Virus record (IMG/VR): IMGVR_UViG_3300027766_000001
Direction: 5' to 3' (one strand)
Origin: a virus
Lineage: Duplodnaviria > Caudoviricetes
DNA: 64,000 nucleotides
The notes beneath the pieces are model-generated. The model was not told the DNA's origin. It saw only the letters and a program-made list of their open reading frames with translations, and ran no database searches. Each line of letters begins with the position of its first letter. Position 1 is the stretch's first letter. The position numbers and the translations under genes were made by a program. Shown piece after piece: positions 26,611 to 36,800 of the stretch.

Positions 26611-28578
26611 ATGCAAACTTATAACTGGCAAGATCTGTTGGCAATGAATGAAGAGCAGATCTGGTCGATTGATACCGGTAACAACCCTACCATTCAGGTG
26701 GTAGCACGGGACAAGTCATTTGAGATCCTTTCTCGACTGGTGATCGTGAGCTGGTATTGTTGGCCACTGCAACGTGCCTTTGCTGGAATGCCGCTGGATA
26801 AGCGGCACTTCGCAACTGCACACCGTTTATCCAACAAAACCATTCTGGGGATTCTGACACAAGGCTACCGCGATTACGTCGATGCCTTCCCAGGAATCTT
26901 TGATGTGGTTGACATTAATAGCCGGGTGGCGAAAGCCGTCAACATCATTAACAACGTGTTCGTGATGAAGATTCCGGAGTATGTGACAACTGCATCGATG
27001 CGTCAGTACATTGAGGTACTTGACGACCCAGAACTGGCAGCAGTACGTAAAGCCATGGAGCCGAACCAGAACTCCATCCGTGAAGGCTATAAGACTGGCT
27101 TGGCAATCATTAAGCGCCCGGAGAAGTTTCTGGGTAATCAGATTGCTGAGGACATCAAACAGGGATCGGTGTCGGACGGTCAGACCTCGCAGGTGTTTAT
27201 TGCGCGTGGGTATCTGACTGACCATAACTCCCGTATCTTTGTGCGACCGGTCATGGCGTGTTATGCGGAAGGCTTGGGGCGGTTCTATGACTCGTTGGTG
27301 GAATCCCGTTCAGCAACCAAAGCGATGCTGTTCCAGAAGAAACCACTGGAAGACTCCGAATGGTTCAACCGTAAGATGCAGCTGGTTGCTCAGGCGGTTC
27401 AGCGCATCCACATGAACCAAGACTGTGGTTCCACGACCACGGTTCCGGTGCTGGTGAAAGATGGTTGGCTCAGTCGTTTAGCCGGTAAGTATTACTACGC
27501 TGACGACAACAAAACCCTGAAATGTGTTTCCGATAAAGACGACCATCTCATTGGCCGCATTATTCATATGCGATCCCCAATGTATTGTAATCATCCGGAT
27601 CGCTCAGGGGTGTGTTCGACCTGTTATGGGAAACTGGCCTTAAGTCTGCCGTACTTTAATGCCTTGAGTGAAGTCGGTCGTAACGAAATCATTCTCGGTC
27701 ATATCAGTGCAACAGAAATCGGTCAGGACCTGTCGCAGAAGATGCTGTCCACGAAGCACCTGGATACATCGTCGACCACCGAGCCATTCATTCCACGTCG
27801 GCAAGATGCCATGTATATTGTAGAGGGACTACGCGATAACGCCGTGCGTTTACACCCGCGTCTGAAGAAAGACAAGGTGAAGTTGAAAGTAAACTTTAAC
27901 AAAACCACGGCATTATCTGACATCTACATGGCTGAAAACCTGGATGAGGTTGCAACACGTGCAGGCGGGTTTACTGAGATCGTTCTGGAGTTTGAACGCG
28001 ACGGTGGTTTCACCGAATCGATTCCCATTCCAACTGTACAAGGCTCACGCCAAGGGCAGTTTACGGTCGACTTCCTGCGCTTCCTGCAAAAGGCGAACTG
28101 GACCAACGCAGAGAAAGGTTTCATTGTGATTGATCTGTCGTCGTTCGAGTATGACATCGATGTGGTTGAACTGCCACTGGTGCATCAGGACATGACGGTC
28201 TACCAGAAACAGATCGAAGCGTTCATCAGGTTCAGTAAAGAGTCTGCGAAGTGGAAAGGTAAGTTCGTGACACCAGAGGATGCCGGTTTAGCACTGAGTG
28301 AATTCTACACCCTGCTGACTGAGCGTTTGAAGGTGAACATCGTGCATGCGGAAATCATGCTGTATTCAGTGATGACACTGGACCCGGCTAACTATGACTA
28401 CCGTCTGCCCCGTGCTAACGAAAACCGTCAGTTCTCTTCGTACCACGAATGTATTGAGTTCCGTTCACTGTCGGTCCAGCTTCTGTATCAAGAGCAGGCA
28501 ACCATCATGGCGAAACCCACCACGTTCCTGGTTAAGAACCGCCAACCTCACCCAGCCGACAGCATCTTTGTTGACTGA
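26611..28578 (+). CDS. rpoC: non-virion RNA polymerase beta' C-terminal subunit (phiKZ gp74-like)
   Basis: EGLGRFYDSLVESRSATKA, bridge-helix-like SEWFNRKMQL, DCGS, Zn site RSPMYC...GVCSTCYG, trigger-loop QKMLSTKH. Confidence 0.9.
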   Translation: MQTYNWQDLLAMNEEQIWSIDTGNNPTIQVVARDKSFEILSRLVIVSWYCWPLQRAFAGMPLDKRHFATAHRLSNKTILGILTQGYRDYVDAFPGIFDVVDINSRVAKAVNIINNVFVMKIPEYVTTASMRQYIEVLDDPELAAVRKAMEPNQNSIREGYKTGLAIIKRPEKFLGNQIAEDIKQGSVSDGQTSQVFIARGYLTDHNSRIFVRPVMACYAEGLGRFYDSLVESRSATKAMLFQKKPLEDSEWFNRKMQLVAQAVQRIHMNQDCGSTTTVPVLVKDGWLSRLAGKYYYADDNKTLKCVSDKDDHLIGRIIHMRSPMYCNHPDRSGVCSTCYGKLALSLPYFNALSEVGRNEIILGHISATEIGQDLSQKMLSTKHLDTSSTTEPFIPRRQDAMYIVEGLRDNAVRLHPRLKKDKVKLKVNFNKTTALSDIYMAENLDEVATRAGGFTEIVLEFERDGGFTESIPIPTVQGSRQGQFTVDFLRFLQKANWTNAEKGFIVIDLSSFEYDIDVVELPLVHQDMTVYQKQIEAFIRFSKESAKWKGKFVTPEDAGLALSEFYTLLTERLKVNIVHAEIMLYSVMTLDPANYDYRLPRANENRQFSSYHECIEFRSLSVQLLYQEQATIMAKPTTFLVKNRQPHPADSIFVD

Positions 28579-28588
28579 GGGGTGATCC

Positions 28589-30142
28589 ATGCGCCATACC
28601 GCAACCATTACGTTAAGCAGTCACGGCTTTCGAGTGACTGACTTTAACAGTGAGTTCGCGGGACATCTCATGCAGTATTGTCGGCGCTTCATTTTGCACA
28701 AGATGGAATCCAAGGTTGTTCAAGGACGAAGAACCTTGGTAAAGATTCCTGACCGTGTATTTGCGTCGGCAACCAAGGACCGCAAGGAGTTGCGGTTCCA
28801 CATTAACTGCTTTGAGGATTTCAAGAACTTCATGCGCAATTGCGGTTACAACACAGACCGCTTTAAGATTGTGCAGCTCGAGGTTCCGGAAGGGAAACAG
28901 GCGCTGTTTGAGTTCGCGATGGACGGCATCGCACCGCGTGAGCATCAAGTGGAATGGCTGGACTACCAGTTAGACCTTAGCCCGACGGATGTGAACACAA
29001 AGATCAACACCTTGCAAACCGGCAAGGGGAAGACCTTCTGTGCGATCTACCAGATGGTGAAGATGCAAAAGCGGACTGTGATTACCTTAATGCCCAAGTA
29101 CATTAACACGTGGTTGGTGGGGTTAGCTGACTTTGTCAAGTTAAATCCTGAAGACATCATGGTAGTGCAGGGGTCGTTAGAACTCAATGCTGCCATGCAG
29201 GCGGCTGACAACGGTAGCTTAAAGGCAAAGATCGTTATTGTATCACTGCCTACCTTCCAGTACTTCATGTCCGAGTACGAAGATAACAACGGGATCATGA
29301 CCCACTACAATTACACCCCGGACCAGTTCTGGGATGTAATGGAGCCTGGGTTACTGGTGGTGGATGAAGGGCACGAATCGATTCATGCGCTTTATCGTTA
29401 CGACATGTACTGTAATGTCCGCAACAAGATCGTACTGAGTGCGACGCTTGAAGCAGACAATCCGTTTATCAATGAGATGTACGGCATCATCTATCCCAAG
29501 GCGATTCGCTTCAGGGGTGGTGAGTACGACAAATACATCGAGTCGATTGCGGTGATGTACGGGTTGAACAACACCAAGAAGATCAAGTTCGGTGGATTTG
29601 GCGGCACCTATTCTCATGTGAAGCTTGAACAGAGCATCATGAAAGACCGACGGATACTCGACGAATACCTGCGCTTCATTGGTGGGGTCGCCGACTTCTT
29701 TTTCTTTAAGGTCAAAGAGGAGGGGCAGAAGCTACTGATCTACTGTGCCACGGTCGACATGTGTATCAAGGTGATTGCTTACCTGCGTCATATTCACAAA
29801 GACAAAGGGTTGGTGATTAACAAGTACACCCAGGAAGACCCAAAGACGACGTTGTATGAATCTGATATCACCGTCTCGACACTGATGTCTGCAGGTACTG
29901 GGGTCGATATCCCAGGGCTGCGCACAGTGATCATGACAGTGGCCATTGGGTCCAAACAAAAGAACGACCAGGCATTGGGTCGTCTACGTCGTTTGAAAGA
30001 CTACCCGAACGTCACGCCAACGTTTGTGTATTTTGTGTGTGGTCAGATTCGTCCACACATGGAGTATCACCGTAAGAAGTTGGAAAACTTCGCGAACAAA
30101 ACGCTGAGCCAACGAACGTTCAACAGCGGCTTCTCACTTTAA
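28589..30142 (+). CDS. SF2 DNA/RNA helicase (UvsW/Rad3-like; phiKZ gp75-like)
   Basis: Walker A LQTGKGKT, motif II VDEGH, motif III LSAT, motif V SAGTGVDIPGL, motif VI QALGRLR. Confidence 0.92.
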   Translation: MRHTATITLSSHGFRVTDFNSEFAGHLMQYCRRFILHKMESKVVQGRRTLVKIPDRVFASATKDRKELRFHINCFEDFKNFMRNCGYNTDRFKIVQLEVPEGKQALFEFAMDGIAPREHQVEWLDYQLDLSPTDVNTKINTLQTGKGKTFCAIYQMVKMQKRTVITLMPKYINTWLVGLADFVKLNPEDIMVVQGSLELNAAMQAADNGSLKAKIVIVSLPTFQYFMSEYEDNNGIMTHYNYTPDQFWDVMEPGLLVVDEGHESIHALYRYDMYCNVRNKIVLSATLEADNPFINEMYGIIYPKAIRFRGGEYDKYIESIAVMYGLNNTKKIKFGGFGGTYSHVKLEQSIMKDRRILDEYLRFIGGVADFFFFKVKEEGQKLLIYCATVDMCIKVIAYLRHIHKDKGLVINKYTQEDPKTTLYESDITVSTLMSAGTGVDIPGLRTVIMTVAIGSKQKNDQALGRLRRLKDYPNVTPTFVYFVCGQIRPHMEYHRKKLENFANKTLSQRTFNSGFSL

Positions 30143-30160
30143 CTGCGTGTCTGACATGGA

Positions 30161-30197
30161 AGCTGAGCCTGTGCTCAGTTTCTGTGTCTTTCTTTTT
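30161..30197 (+). terminator. intrinsic terminator
   Basis: CTGAGC-ctgt-GCTCAG followed by a T-rich run. Confidence 0.65.
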
Positions 30198-30211
30198 ACA
30201 AGGATTTGGGT

Positions 30212-30544
30212 ATGCAAGACAATAATGACGTTGAAGTACGAAGTGATGTAGAGCTTCTGGATTTATTGACCGAAGCACGCAGTGAAAGAAAGGTATTGGT
30301 TGTGGGTCATGATGAACCGGCTTTCCTGCCAAGGAAGCGTCGTGTTGGGATGGTCTCTGGTCTTGCCATGGCTGCGTGTGCATTGGCTGTGCATACCCCA
30401 CGCTTTATTAACTGGGGTTCGGATGAAACCTGGGATGATTACCGTTTGCGTATTCGTCGTGAACAGGTAAGTAAACAAACGCGCATTCCGCCCAAGAAGG
30501 CGCGTTGCAGTGGTCGTCATAAAGGCCGTCGTTTTAAGGGGTGA
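30212..30544 (+). CDS. hypothetical protein with hydrophobic segment and basic tail
   Basis: AAGGA RBS; ends KKARCSGRHKGRRFKG. Confidence 0.65.
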   Translation: MQDNNDVEVRSDVELLDLLTEARSERKVLVVGHDEPAFLPRKRRVGMVSGLAMAACALAVHTPRFINWGSDETWDDYRLRIRREQVSKQTRIPPKKARCSGRHKGRRFKG

Positions 30545-30547
30545 AAC

Positions 30548-31006
30548 ATGTTTGAGCAAAAACCCATGCTATTGTCCAAAGATTTTAAAGCTGCCTCCAA
30601 AGAAGTGGAGACCACCGTTAGTCAGGAAGAATGCGTTGTCATTGAAGAGCCCGACTATGTTGACTTTCTCATCTACGATGGGAACTACGGCAAGTTTACA
30701 GCGCGTTGGCATTCCGAGCGTGAGAACATGTTAGAACCAGGTTACTACTACGCCATGCTGTTGCAGCAGGGGTCGGGTATGGGTCTGGTGCAGTTGCTTG
30801 ATGCCACCAGTGAGAACGAAGCGTACAAACACGCCACCTTTACTGCGCGTGAACTCAATGTACCGGTGTCTGCTATTGATGTGTTCTACTGTATCGAAGC
30901 CGGTGTTAAAGACGCCGTAGTACTATGGGGTAGTCCTTATACGGAAAGACCCAGTGCGGTGACGTTTGAGAAGAACGGCAACGTCATCATTAAATCCATT
31001 CACTAA
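30548..31006 (+). CDS. hypothetical protein
   Basis: GGGGTG RBS; tight operon packing. Confidence 0.7.
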   Translation: MFEQKPMLLSKDFKAASKEVETTVSQEECVVIEEPDYVDFLIYDGNYGKFTARWHSERENMLEPGYYYAMLLQQGSGMGLVQLLDATSENEAYKHATFTARELNVPVSAIDVFYCIEAGVKDAVVLWGSPYTERPSAVTFEKNGNVIIKSIH

Positions 31007-31021
31007 TAAACGAGAACCTGT

Positions 31022-31414
31022 ATGAACACTAAACACCATCTCCGCCGTAGCGTCTCACATTACATCACCAAAAAGACGGTGGTTAATGGTCAGATCGTTA
31101 ATCGCCCCTCACTCTTTCGCACGCTACAAATGTGGCAGCTGAGATTCGGTCACGTGATTGATCTTCAAGCGTATGCCCGTAAGCACCGCATTCCAACCAT
31201 TAACGATATCCTGTTTCCCGATGCACCACGTCGAACCAGTGACGGTGCCGTGACGGCGTTCAGCCTGTCGATGAAGCATTTGGAACAGGGTCTTAATATG
31301 GGTGCAGTCTATCCGCTGGATGAGCGCGGTAAAGTATTGCTTGCCCTGGCCATCCACAACTCAAAAGGACGTCAACCGCATGGCACTCCTGCACTCACTT
31401 TACGCACCCGTTGA
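31022..31414 (+). CDS. hypothetical protein
   Basis: 130 aa; operon packing. Confidence 0.65.
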   Translation: MNTKHHLRRSVSHYITKKTVVNGQIVNRPSLFRTLQMWQLRFGHVIDLQAYARKHRIPTINDILFPDAPRRTSDGAVTAFSLSMKHLEQGLNMGAVYPLDERGKVLLALAIHNSKGRQPHGTPALTLRTR

Positions 31415-31622
31415 TTATCGTCGTTATGCGGACCGCATTCCGGTTGAACCTGTTGTTGAACCCGAACCTGTAAAAACTCCAGAACAACTGTTTTGGGACG
31501 ACTGGTTAAACGACCTGTGTTTTACAGCAGGTCCGTTTGATGGTCCTCAAGCCAGTGTACTTAATCAGCGTGCTAAAGAGTTCCGGCATGCCGGTTTTTA
31601 TCAACGCCAAAAAGGTCACTAA
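31380..31622 (+). CDS. small hypothetical protein
   Basis: AAAGGA RBS before ATG 31380; 80 aa. Confidence 0.6.
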   Translation: MALLHSLYAPVDYRRYADRIPVEPVVEPEPVKTPEQLFWDDWLNDLCFTAGPFDGPQASVLNQRAKEFRHAGFYQRQKGH

Positions 31623-31626
31623 CATC

Positions 31627-32307
31627 ATGGCTAAAAATGCCGATTATTATACCCAGATTCACAACTACGTGAAAGAACTGGGAATGGACCGGGTGGATGC
31701 AGAACAGATCGCTACCACCTTGTCCGTCTTGATCCCCATGAGCCATACCTTCGGTTGCGCCGACGGTAGCTACGCTGAAGCCAATCAGCACGTGGTGGAG
31801 AACATTAAGAAATTGCACCAGGGTAAACCGTATTTCCGTATCTGGCCGCTGGAGCTCAAACTCCCGGTCATTACTGTGGAGTCGTATGGCGATTTGCCGG
31901 GTTCTACAACGTACGGTCAGCAGTACATCATCAGCTCAGACGGTACTCGTCTGGAAACCCGTGAGAACGGCTTGACCGAAGTGGTGAAGTATGTCTCCAA
32001 TCTGCAGATCACCGAACCACTGGGGATCGATCGAGCTCAACTTGCCTTATTGCAAGAGAAAGCCGAGCAACGCGGTATTCAGATCGTGGTCACCAACCGC
32101 AAAGCCGATGATGAGTTCAATGTCATTGGGTTAGCGAAGCTTAGAACCATCCTGGCAGAAAGCACTGAAGTAGCTGAACGTCAGGAGTTAGCTCAATTAC
32201 GCGAAGAAGAACGTGCAGGCTGGTATCAGCCAAAGAAGAAACTGACGTTCCCTAATCGCCCTATCTTACCCCGTACCCGTACGCGCCACCGCGCACCTGG
32301 AGGTTAA
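31627..32307 (+). CDS. hypothetical protein with basic tail
   Basis: AAGG RBS before ATG 31627; ends PRTRTRHRAPGG. Confidence 0.7.
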   Translation: MAKNADYYTQIHNYVKELGMDRVDAEQIATTLSVLIPMSHTFGCADGSYAEANQHVVENIKKLHQGKPYFRIWPLELKLPVITVESYGDLPGSTTYGQQYIISSDGTRLETRENGLTEVVKYVSNLQITEPLGIDRAQLALLQEKAEQRGIQIVVTNRKADDEFNVIGLAKLRTILAESTEVAERQELAQLREEERAGWYQPKKKLTFPNRPILPRTRTRHRAPGG

Positions 32308-32308
32308 T

Positions 32309-33448
32309 ATGTCTCATGCTGGTCCTAATGGCTTAGCCGGTGACTCAATCCCGTTTACCAAATCGGGATGGTTCACTGAAGACCGTGTCAGAAAAGAATG
32401 TCGCGGTGGAAAATGTAAGCTCTTGTTGCTGAACTACAACGAACCGGGTGACCTCTTAGCCTGGGAAGACCTGCAACAACTGGCTTTGCAGAACCCGCTG
32501 GTTGAAGTCGCCAAGTTTGATGTGGCAGGTGGGACCAAAGAAGCGTTCCAGGCGTTTGATCGCGGCGAGTGGGCGCTTGTGGTCAACCCCTGGTACTGTC
32601 ATATTCGTGGCGCGGCATTCTGCTACGATTCCACCGGAGGTTTAACCGGCGCACGTGGTGGTCCAGGATGTAAAGGCTTTGGCGAAGAGATCCTGATGGA
32701 TCACCATATCCTGTTCTCCAACAGCGTCTACAACGTTAAGATCCACCGTAATCAAAGTGCTACGGAGTTTCTTAATCACACCATCGCCAAAGGTGCATAC
32801 TGGGATCTGCCAAAAAAGATCTACGTGGTGCGTCCTGACTTCTACGACGAAGGCACTGAAGAGTTAATCAAAACAGTGCGTAAGCAGTTTGAAGAGCCTG
32901 GGCTTGGCATTGTGCGGGTGGTTGACTTCCCAAGTACGTTGGTCGTGAACCAACTCACCGATGACACCACCTACGTGGCGATTGACACCGACAAAGTGCG
33001 CAATCATTTCGACGAGGTCATGGCAAGCTATAAAGGCTACGGCGTCGGTGATCTGATGGACAAGCTGCGTCGTGACCGCAACAGCACGTTGATGCGTACC
33101 ATCTGGGGTGACCTGGATAAGTATCACCAGAAGTTGTTGATTGGTTGTTTAAGTCGCGCACTTTCGCGCACTCTGAAAAACGATTTATTGCATACCCATC
33201 AAATGGAGATCTTTGATAAAATGTTTGGTAAAGGTGAAACGGCCAGTGCGGTACGTGGAACGCTGCAGATTCTTGCTGCTGCTACGCCGCGGTCTAAAAT
33301 GCTGACATTGGATGACAGCGGTTTTAACCTGACTGGGCCGGACTGGGATGTAGGTGGGTTACCTCTGGCGAAGCGTCCTAAGGGTCCGATCACCATGCCA
33401 GGTTTGGGTGAGCGTAAGAAGAAAGGCAAGACCCGTGCGAAATATTAA
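32309..33448 (+). CDS. hypothetical protein (379 aa) with basic tail
   Basis: GGAGG RBS; ends GERKKKGKTRAKY. Confidence 0.75.
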   Translation: MSHAGPNGLAGDSIPFTKSGWFTEDRVRKECRGGKCKLLLLNYNEPGDLLAWEDLQQLALQNPLVEVAKFDVAGGTKEAFQAFDRGEWALVVNPWYCHIRGAAFCYDSTGGLTGARGGPGCKGFGEEILMDHHILFSNSVYNVKIHRNQSATEFLNHTIAKGAYWDLPKKIYVVRPDFYDEGTEELIKTVRKQFEEPGLGIVRVVDFPSTLVVNQLTDDTTYVAIDTDKVRNHFDEVMASYKGYGVGDLMDKLRRDRNSTLMRTIWGDLDKYHQKLLIGCLSRALSRTLKNDLLHTHQMEIFDKMFGKGETASAVRGTLQILAAATPRSKMLTLDDSGFNLTGPDWDVGGLPLAKRPKGPITMPGLGERKKKGKTRAKY

Positions 33449-33674
33449 AGCGGCTATTCTCTGTCTGGTGTCGTACGCGGCACCAGTTTATGCTGACGAG
33501 CGTCCAAAGACTGACCACTGCGTTGCGACTACCATTGACAGTACGGTTATCACGCAGTGTGACAATGGTACTGTTAGCACGGTTAACAATGTCTCTGGTA
33601 CGATGGTGGTTTGTCAGACGTCGGGATCTAACATACCGTCGTGCACCAAAATTAATCTTCGGGAGAAGTCATGA
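33435..33674 (+). CDS. small secreted Cys-containing protein
   Basis: GTG start with GAAAGG RBS; signal peptide MRNIKAAILCLVSYAAPVYA then D; four Cys in the mature part. Confidence 0.6.
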   Translation: MRNIKAAILCLVSYAAPVYADERPKTDHCVATTIDSTVITQCDNGTVSTVNNVSGTMVVCQTSGSNIPSCTKINLREKS

Positions 33675-34102
33675 CCAAGAACCAACGTAGACGTAAGCAC
33701 GCACAGCGCAAGCAGCACACCAAAGCTCGCTCAAGCAGTGCGTTGCTGCACCTCCTTAATAACAAGCACAAGTTTGTGGATATGCCGGGGCGCTGGCAGG
33801 ACTCAGTGCCGGAAGGTGTCATCTCAGGTGCGGTGGTCAACCCGGATACCGTTTTCCCTATGCCGTGGATGAGCGCACACGAGCTGATTCAACGTATGGC
33901 CGCGGGACAGATCAAACCGGTGGAGTACATGGACACTGAGGGTGTTTTGCATCGTTCAGTTGCTATTGATGTGGAAGCCATGTATCCGCGTACTGGCGAA
34001 GAGTTTGCTGAGCTCTTCATAATGGCGGGTGATGCTGTTCAGCATATCACCATTGACTCGATTCCTAACGACCCCAAAGGGAACGCGCAGCATGAGTTCT
34101 GA
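33671..34102 (+). CDS. hypothetical protein with basic N-terminus
   Basis: GGGAG RBS; MTKNQRRRKHAQRKQH. Confidence 0.7.
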   Translation: MTKNQRRRKHAQRKQHTKARSSSALLHLLNNKHKFVDMPGRWQDSVPEGVISGAVVNPDTVFPMPWMSAHELIQRMAAGQIKPVEYMDTEGVLHRSVAIDVEAMYPRTGEEFAELFIMAGDAVQHITIDSIPNDPKGNAQHEF

Positions 34103-34316
34103 TCACTGGGATCTTACCCAACCCCAACACAATGTCACGTACGAAGACACCATCGCGCATGACATTGACCTGGCGAATGCCTCTGCCTGGGAAGAGCGTT
34201 TCAAGGAGCGTCATGGTCGTGAGCCGCGTTTCGTTGAACGTCCTGTCTTTGCCAAACTCACTATTAAAGACGTAAACGATGTCCTTAAAGAAGCGGGCAA
34301 AGCCCAAGGCCAGTAA
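34092..34316 (+). CDS. small hypothetical protein (74 aa)
   Basis: AAAGGG RBS before ATG 34092. Confidence 0.55.
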   Translation: MSSDHWDLTQPQHNVTYEDTIAHDIDLANASAWEERFKERHGREPRFVERPVFAKLTIKDVNDVLKEAGKAQGQ

Positions 34317-34548
34317 AGCCAAACCTGTGCGCCGTCGGCGGCGAAGTAAGAAGCGTAAGACAACAGCTGCACCAATGGACCATGCGTTGTCGTTTGCGTT
34401 GAATGGGGAGAAGCCCAAGTACGAACCCTGGGAGCCGTTGCGAGAAGGATACGGTAACAACGATGACCTGGGATTTGGGCGGGCACCTACTGCGGAAGAA
34501 CTGAAGTTCCAAAAAGCATTGTCGGCCCGTTATTTGCGTCGTCGATAA
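34279..34548 (+). CDS. small highly basic (protamine-like N-terminus) protein
   Basis: MSLKKRAKPKASKAKPVRRRRRSKKRKTT; last gene before the terminator; weak RBS. Confidence 0.6.
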   Translation: MSLKKRAKPKASKAKPVRRRRRSKKRKTTAAPMDHALSFALNGEKPKYEPWEPLREGYGNNDDLGFGRAPTAEELKFQKALSARYLRRR

Positions 34549-34599
34549 TCAACCCGGTGCTATACTGGGCTCTTTTAAACTCTGTTAATAGAGGTAATC

Positions 34600-35208
34600 A
34601 TGAGTAAGCTTATTGGTAAAGAAACCCGTTTTGATATGGGTGACCTGCGGGTCATTATGGGGATGTACGAAAACGGGCCCTCTACGTCACCGGGTAGCGC
34701 TGAGAATAAAGTCCTGCTACGTTGGGATGGTGTTGATCTGGCCGACGAATCAACGCTGCCTAAAGCCCTCCTGTATGCCTTCAACGCGGTCGTTAACTGC
34801 AAGCTTGAGTTGCACGATCTGTTGAAGAAAGAAGGTGTGCGCACCGAGATTATGAAACAGCTGATGCAGTTAGGTAAATACCTCGGCATCGACAGACTGG
34901 ACAAGGAAATGAACTCTGTGCAGAGTCGGGTTGAACCTAGCGCAGATGTTCGTCAGTTGTTCCAGTCCTGGGATGATGTGCCGCAAGTCTGGGTGACAGC
35001 TAAAGTCAGTTCATCCAATTACAATCGCCCGCTGTTGTTCTATCCCGATCACCCGCTGTTTAATCCGCAAGATGACGGCGTGGTCTTTACCATTAAGCTT
35101 TCAGGTAATGAGAGCACCACAATCAAACGCGATGTACATTGTCCGTCGTGGAACCTGCCGAATATCCAGAAGCTGGTTGATGAGTTGGTAAGACGTCACT
35201 TTGTGTGA
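34600..35208 (+). CDS. hypothetical protein
   Basis: GAGGT RBS; 202 aa. Confidence 0.75.
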   Translation: MSKLIGKETRFDMGDLRVIMGMYENGPSTSPGSAENKVLLRWDGVDLADESTLPKALLYAFNAVVNCKLELHDLLKKEGVRTEIMKQLMQLGKYLGIDRLDKEMNSVQSRVEPSADVRQLFQSWDDVPQVWVTAKVSSSNYNRPLLFYPDHPLFNPQDDGVVFTIKLSGNESTTIKRDVHCPSWNLPNIQKLVDELVRRHFV

Positions 35209-35215
35209 TGTGAAT

Positions 35216-35241
35216 AAAGAGGGCTTCGGTCCTCTTTTTTT
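35216..35241 (+). terminator. intrinsic terminator (UUCG)
   Basis: AAAGAGGGC-ttcg-GTCCTCTTTTTTT. Confidence 0.85.
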
Positions 35242-35277
35242 GTCTGATCCTATGAAACCACTGGATCAGAGGCAGAT

Positions 35278-35931
35278 ATGTTAGACTCCATGATTATGAC
35301 CGGCAAACCATACGCCAACTACTACGTTGATTTAAGCTTCGATAAAGATGCGACTGGGTCGCGCATCTTAATGGATCGAGGTACTGCAGCTGTAACGTTT
35401 ACACGCACAGCCAATAGCGCGGGTGCAAATGACGGGGTTGTCGATGACCCTGTATTTGGTAAGTGTTATTTGTTCGATGGCAACGCTTACTTTGTCGGCT
35501 CTAAGGCATTGAACATCTGGAACAAACAGTACCGGATGCGGCTGAAGTTTGTGCCCAATACCACGTTGTCGCGTGGGATAATAGAAACAGGTAATTACCC
35601 ATCATCAGGCAACATCAAAGCAGGGTGGGCGCTGTCGATTAACCAATACACCCAAACGTACTTTCAGATGTTCATGACCCAGCAAAACGGCGTGTACGCG
35701 CGCTTATTGCCGACAGGCGTTAACCCGGGTAACGCGGTGTTGGAAGACTACGAGATCACCCGTATCGGCAGCACCATTACGGTGAAGAACATGAACACCG
35801 GCCAAACCGCGTCAAACCAGTTTTTGACTAACGGTGAAAACAATATCCATGTTGCCGGTAGCTACACTGGCGGGTTTAATAATACGTTCATTGGTTTACT
35901 CAAATCGTTCCAAATCGAACTCTTGGCGTAG
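35278..35931 (+). CDS. LamG/concanavalin A-like lectin-fold virion protein
   Basis: DPVFGKCYLFDGNAYF ... FIGLLKSFQI LamG-like pattern; TATG motif at 35251; AGAGG RBS; own terminator. Confidence 0.6.
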   Translation: MLDSMIMTGKPYANYYVDLSFDKDATGSRILMDRGTAAVTFTRTANSAGANDGVVDDPVFGKCYLFDGNAYFVGSKALNIWNKQYRMRLKFVPNTTLSRGIIETGNYPSSGNIKAGWALSINQYTQTYFQMFMTQQNGVYARLLPTGVNPGNAVLEDYEITRIGSTITVKNMNTGQTASNQFLTNGENNIHVAGSYTGGFNNTFIGLLKSFQIELLA

Positions 35932-35932
35932 G

Positions 35933-35961
35933 AGCAGGGCTTCGGCCCTGCTTTTATGCCG
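35933..35961 (+). terminator. UUCG hairpin plus TTATGCCG
   Basis: AGCAGGGC-ttcg-GCCCTGCT-TTTATGCCG. Confidence 0.85.
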
Positions 35962-36015
35962 GTCTGTTTCTTTTGACTATTTCTGTACATCTATTACACT
36001 CCAGGAAATTTCACG

Positions 36016-36032
36016 CCTACATTACTAATGTG
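36016..36032 (+). promoter_or_regulatory. early promoter
   Basis: CCTACATTACTAATGTG, identical over 17 nt to 19343-19359. Confidence 0.75.
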
Positions 36033-36083
36033 AATGCATTCCTGCTCATTATCGAGTGACAACCTGTAAGAGGATAATACCCC

Positions 36084-36797
36084 ATGAATCACCAGAACCC
36101 ACACGCTAACAAAAACGTTGATGCTAAAGTTATCGACGGTTCGATTTCAACTATCAACGACCTGATCTTTACGTTGACGGGTAACAACGATATCCATGTT
36201 AACCCTGACGTCGGTTCCGTTCACGGTAAGCGTCGTGTACCTAACGTCCATGGTGAACTGATCACCGAAGAAGCAGTCACCGGCTTTATTGCCTTTGGCT
36301 TTGAGAACTACCAGACTTCTGATGCGTACTTCAGCGACAAGCCGTTTGTGCGTCTGGTCTCACACCTGATCGTGGTTACGCCAAAGAGCAAATCCGATTA
36401 CATCAAAAGCATCGAAGACGCCGAGCATCCGGTAGAAGCCTTTGCGCCAATCTACGTCATGTCCTTAAATGGTCAGATGATCGCGGATGCGTTGATTGTC
36501 GCACTGGACCGCCTGGGTTATGTGGCCGATGTAAAACTGGTCGCTAACGCTCTGAGCAACACGGCGCGTGACAACAACGGCTTTGCGGATAAGAAGCCAG
36601 AAGTCATTAGCATCGTCCGCATTACTGAAAATCTGTTTATCAGCAAGTGGTCCGCGTTCTACGGCGTGCAGCGCAGCAACCTCGATCTGCCAATGCCGTC
36701 TAAGCTGGTTCGTCAACCGCACCCAATGGACGCACTCATCAACAAAACCATTAAATCGAGCGATGAGCTCGACAACCTCAAACCCACTAACGAGTAA
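36084..36797 (+). CDS. early hypothetical protein
   Basis: GAGGA RBS; host-optimal codons. Confidence 0.8.
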   Translation: MNHQNPHANKNVDAKVIDGSISTINDLIFTLTGNNDIHVNPDVGSVHGKRRVPNVHGELITEEAVTGFIAFGFENYQTSDAYFSDKPFVRLVSHLIVVTPKSKSDYIKSIEDAEHPVEAFAPIYVMSLNGQMIADALIVALDRLGYVADVKLVANALSNTARDNNGFADKKPEVISIVRITENLFISKWSAFYGVQRSNLDLPMPSKLVRQPHPMDALINKTIKSSDELDNLKPTNE

Positions 36798-36800
36798 ACC

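Noticed and set aside
31580-31625. Possible frameshift joining 31380 and 31627
   Set aside because: No XXXYYYZ heptamer in the correct phase, the downstream frame is +1, and it has its own RBS and ATG
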